DNA of 64,000 nucleotides from a bacterium (lineage in GTDB: Bacteria > Auribacterota > Erginobacteria > Erginobacterales > DAOSXE01): NCBI GenBank assembly GCA_035380285.1, contig DAOSXE010000012.1, positions 2,954 to 66,953 of the forward strand, in the 5' to 3' direction. The translations under genes and the position numbers were made by a program. This document shows, one piece after another, positions 61,519-64,000 of this stretch. Position 1 is the stretch's first letter. Each line of letters begins with the position of its first letter. Below the pieces are notes generated by a model. That model had not been told where the DNA came from. It did not search any database and worked only from the letters and a program-made list of their open reading frames with translations.

Positions 61519-64000
61519 CCGGAAGATCGTTGAACGCCCCGTGGTAGACCTTGGAGATCCCCCGAACCCACCAGAGCCCGGAATCGGCCCGGTAGATCGC
61601 CGGGTCGTCGAAGCCGTCGCCGTCGTAATCGGCCGGTATCGGAAGATCGGCCAGGGTCCCGAAGTAGAACCGGGTCGTGCCCCGGGCCAGCCAGAGACCG
61701 GCGAAGGGACGAAAGACCGCGGGCGCGGCGGCGGCTTCCCCGTAGCGGGCCGGCACCGGGTAGTCGGAAGAACTCCCGAAATAAACCCGGGTCAGCGAGC
61801 GCACGATCCAGAGCCCGCTGGACGGCCGGAAGACGGCCACGTCCACCCCGCCGTCGCCGCCGTAATCGGCCCGCACCGGTAGATCCCCCGATTTCCCGAA
61901 ATAGAGCTTGGTGACGGCGCGGACGATCCAGGAACCGCTGGACGGCCGGAAAACGCAGGCGTCCGTCACGCCGTCCGCGTCGTAATCTCCGGGGACCACC
62001 CGGTCGTCCGCGCGACCGAAAAAGTAGGACGTCACCCCCCGGATCAGCCATTTGCCCCGGGATGCGCGGTAGAGGGCGATATCGGCGGTCCCGTCGCCGT
62101 CGTAGTCGCCGCTGACGGGGAGGTCTCCGGACGCTCCGAAATACGCCCTGGTCGCCCCCCTGACCGCCCAGAGCCCGACCGGGGGACGGAAGACCGCGAT
62201 GTCGGAGCGGCCGTCGCCGAGGTAGTCACCGCCGGCCACCGGGTTGATCCATACCCCGAGCACGGGAGTGGGCTCCACGGTGGGCGTGGGAGAAACCGCG
62301 GGAGTGAGGACGGGGGACGGCATCCGGCTGGGAGTGGGAACGGGCGTAATCACCGTGGGGGTGGGTCCGGGCAGGGGGCCGGTGGGGATGCCCCAGATCT
62401 CGATGTCGTCGATGTTCCACCCCGAGTAGTCGTTGAACTGGTCGGTCGGCCCCATCCCCCAGCGCAGGCGCAGGGTTCCCGCGCCGTCGGCGCCGGGACC
62501 CAGCTGGTACGAAAACGGCGTCCAGGAGGAATCGGCGGTGTCGACGTCGAACATCTTGGGGTTTTCCCAGATCCCGACCCAGCGGCTGCCGTCGGTGGAG
62601 AATTCGATCAGGGCGTGGTCGTACTGCGACCGCTCCACGTTCAGCCAGCGTTGGAACCGGAGGTTGACGGATTCCAGAAACGAGCAGTCGAGGGCGGGAG
62701 CGGTCAACCACGAGGTCCCGGACATCGAACCCGGATAGTCGCCCTCCAGGTTGTATCCGTAGACGTTGGCCCCGGTGGCCCCGGAGACCGGGTCGGGGTT
62801 GAACCAGCCCGAAGCGTTGCCCTGCCCCTGGGGCACGCCGAACTCCCATCCGGTATCGGCGTTCCAACTGGGGTTGTAATCGAGGGAAAAGAAATAGACC
62901 CGGACCGGCTGGGCGGCGGTGGGCGTGGCGACGGGACTGGGGGTGGGGGGGGCGCTGGGCGGCGGGGTGGCGGTGGGAACGGAGGTGGGAGTGGCGGAAG
63001 GAGTGGGGGTGGCGGTGGGGGGCGGCGTGCGGGTGGCCTGGGGGACGCCCCAGATTTCGATGTCGTCGATGTTCCACCCCGAAAACGTGCGGATGTTGTC
63101 GGAAGGCCCCATGCCCCAGCGGAAACGGACCTGGGGTTGGTACCCGGCCGCCTGAACCTGGTAGGTCATCACCGTCCAGGCAGAGTCGGTGGTGTTGATG
63201 GGGGGGGGGAGGTTCTGGTAGATGCGCACCCACTCTTCCCCGTCGGTGGTGTATTCGATCCGGGCGTAGTCGTGGGTGGCGGCTTCGACGTTGAGCCAGC
63301 GCCAGAAGACCAGCTTGATCTGGGTCGCCGCCGAACAGTCGATGGGGCCGGTGGTCAGAAAATATTCGGGCATGTCGTTGGGGTAGTTGCCTTCCAGGTT
63401 GTACCCGTAGACGTTGGCCCCGGTATGTCCGGAATTCGGATCGGGGTAACCCTGATTGATGGGATCGGTGCCCCCTCCCCAGCCGGCGGGAACGCCGAAA
63501 GCCCAGTCGGATTCGACGGTCCAGCCCGGATCCGTGTCCAGGGGGAAGGAATAGAGCTCTTCCGCGGGCCGGGGCGTGGGGGTCGGGGGCGGGGTGGCGG
63601 TGGGAACGGGAGAGATGGTGGGGGAAGGCGTGGGGGAAACCGTGGGCGAAGGGGACGGCGAAGCCGTCGGCACCGCCGTCGGCGACGGCGTGGGGGACTC
63701 GGGGGCGAAAAGACGGTTTTCGCAGAACTCGGAAGTGCTGGAGAGAGAGGTGAACTGAACGGCGGTAAGCCAATCGCCCTCGCTGATTCCGGCCGCGGTC
63801 TCGACCGTCCAGACCGTGGAGACCGCCAGCGGCGCCGAACCCAGGTAGAGCATCCCTTCCCCGGGACCGCTCCCGGAGACATCGGCCCGGTACACCTCGA
63901 CCCCGCACCCCAGGCTCCGGGTGCCGGCCACCCGGGCCGAAGAAGGAGAGGTCCAGGTCACCTCGACGATGGCGGGAGGGCCGACGCCCTGGTTGGCACC
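61508..64000 (-). CDS. Secreted multidomain protein (5'-partial) with two jelly-roll/MAM-like domains, Pro/Thr/Ser linkers and six FG-GAP-like repeats
   Basis: ORF 61508..63961. The frame stays open to the window end, since 63962-64000 has no stop codon. The domains and repeats were read from the translation. Confidence 0.85.
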   Translation of the reverse strand, partial: GANQGVGPPAIVEVTWTSPSSARVAGTRSLGCGVEVYRADVSGSGPGEGMLYLGSAPLAVSTVWTVETAAGISEGDWLTAVQFTSLSSTSEFCENRLFAPESPTPSPTAVPTASPSPSPTVSPTPSPTISPVPTATPPPTPTPRPAEELYSFPLDTDPGWTVESDWAFGVPAGWGGGTDPINQGYPDPNSGHTGANVYGYNLEGNYPNDMPEYFLTTGPIDCSAATQIKLVFWRWLNVEAATHDYARIEYTTDGEEWVRIYQNLPPPINTTDSAWTVMTYQVQAAGYQPQVRFRWGMGPSDNIRTFSGWNIDDIEIWGVPQATRTPPPTATPTPSATPTSVPTATPPPSAPPTPSPVATPTAAQPVRVYFFSLDYNPSWNADTGWEFGVPQGQGNASGWFNPDPVSGATGANVYGYNLEGDYPGSMSGTSWLTAPALDCSFLESVNLRFQRWLNVERSQYDHALIEFSTDGSRWVGIWENPKMFDVDTADSSWTPFSYQLGPGADGAGTLRLRWGMGPTDQFNDYSGWNIDDIEIWGIPTGPLPGPTPTVITPVPTPSRMPSPVLTPAVSPTPTVEPTPVLGVWINPVAGGDYLGDGRSDIAVFRPPVGLWAVRGATRAYFGASGDLPVSGDYDGDGTADIALYRASRGKWLIRGVTSYFFGRADDRVVPGDYDADGVTDACVFRPSSGSWIVRAVTKLYFGKSGDLPVRADYGGDGGVDVAVFRPSSGLWIVRSLTRVYFGSSSDYPVPARYGEAAAAPAVFRPFAGLWLARGTTRFYFGTLADLPIPADYDGDGFDDPAIYRADSGLWWVRGISKVYHGAFNDLPATR
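61511..62245 (-). repeat. Six tandem ~38-aa FG-GAP-like repeats, the same module as 14241..14924
   Basis: Translation reads GDYLGDGRSDIAVFRPPVGLWAVRGATRAYFGASGDLPVSGDYDGDGTADIALYR... through ...YHGAFNDLPATR. Confidence 0.85.
62384..63562 (-). repeat. Tandem duplication of a ~175-aa domain (63044..63562 and 62384..62905) separated by a Pro/Thr linker
   Basis: The two copies share GANVYGYNLEG.YP...L.F.RWLNVE...D.A.IE..TDG..W...........W....YQ.....RFRWGMGP.D....SGWNIDDIEIWG. A 36-nt stretch at 62390-62425 matches 63047-63082 with one mismatch. Confidence 0.85.

Noticed and set aside
62900-63050. Pro/Thr/Ser-linker DNA (GGGGTGGG/GGCGGTGGG-type periodicity, also at 63560-63700 and 12420-12545) as a possible CRISPR or tandem-repeat array
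   Set aside because: There is no repeat-spacer organisation. The periodicity is the codon-level consequence of (P/T/S)n linkers inside continuous open reading frames.

Overview
GC-rich (about two-thirds G+C by eye) chromosomal DNA from a diderm bacterium, shown by BamA, Skp, LpxC, LpxB and MsbA. I cannot place the lineage from sequence alone. I support about 60 protein genes, one tRNA-Gln(UUG), one riboswitch and several promoter and terminator candidates. No rRNA, CRISPR array, transposase or integrase was seen.

Layout:
- 1-249: AT-rich non-coding edge.
- 250-8500: C69 dipeptidase, cupin, RlmB, a polytopic membrane protein, ApbE, a BamE-like lipoprotein and a geranylgeranyl-reductase-like flavoprotein.
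- 8168-16991: minus-strand run of surface and envelope genes (851-aa propeller/FG-GAP protein, 912-aa Ig-repeat protein, GT-C-like membrane protein, cytoplasmic papain-like protease, small acidic protein). A cobalamin riboswitch with its own terminator heads this run.
- 17083-21193: ModE-N-like HTH, fur-feoA-feoB and a putative outer-membrane protein.
- 21205-28815: pgi, a 1551-aa all-HEAT-repeat protein coupled to a membrane protein, and a YkgJ-type Cys-cluster protein.
- 28964-47500: about 18.5 kb of co-directional housekeeping genes (tRNA-Gln, glmU-like, prs, rplY, pth, rpsF, ssb, rpsR, rplI, dnaB, bamA, skp, lpxC, fabZ, oxidoreductase, lpxB, msbA, DUF374, rpsB, tsf, pyrH, frr).
- 47512-54419: ispE, a TPR protein, an unlisted 31-aa Lys/Arg-rich ORF, hisG, membrane proteins and a hydantoinase-like amidohydrolase.
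- 54588-61518: glycosyltransferase island (GT4, GT2 + DUF2304, GT2, GT2, GT-C, GT4).
- 61508-64000: 5'-partial secreted protein with duplicated jelly-roll-like domains and FG-GAP-like repeats.

Most notable observations:
- The B12 riboswitch sits in front of a secreted propeller protein instead of a known B12 gene.
- The giant HEAT solenoid carries a tandem MshEN-like motif insert.
- Good -10 boxes recur 6-9 nt upstream of start codons, suggesting leaderless mRNAs.
- A GtrB/GtrA/GT-C-like periplasmic glycosylation module lies beside Pro/Thr-linker surface proteins.

Many long ORFs in the supplied track are off-frame or antisense artefacts of the high G+C content and were not called.
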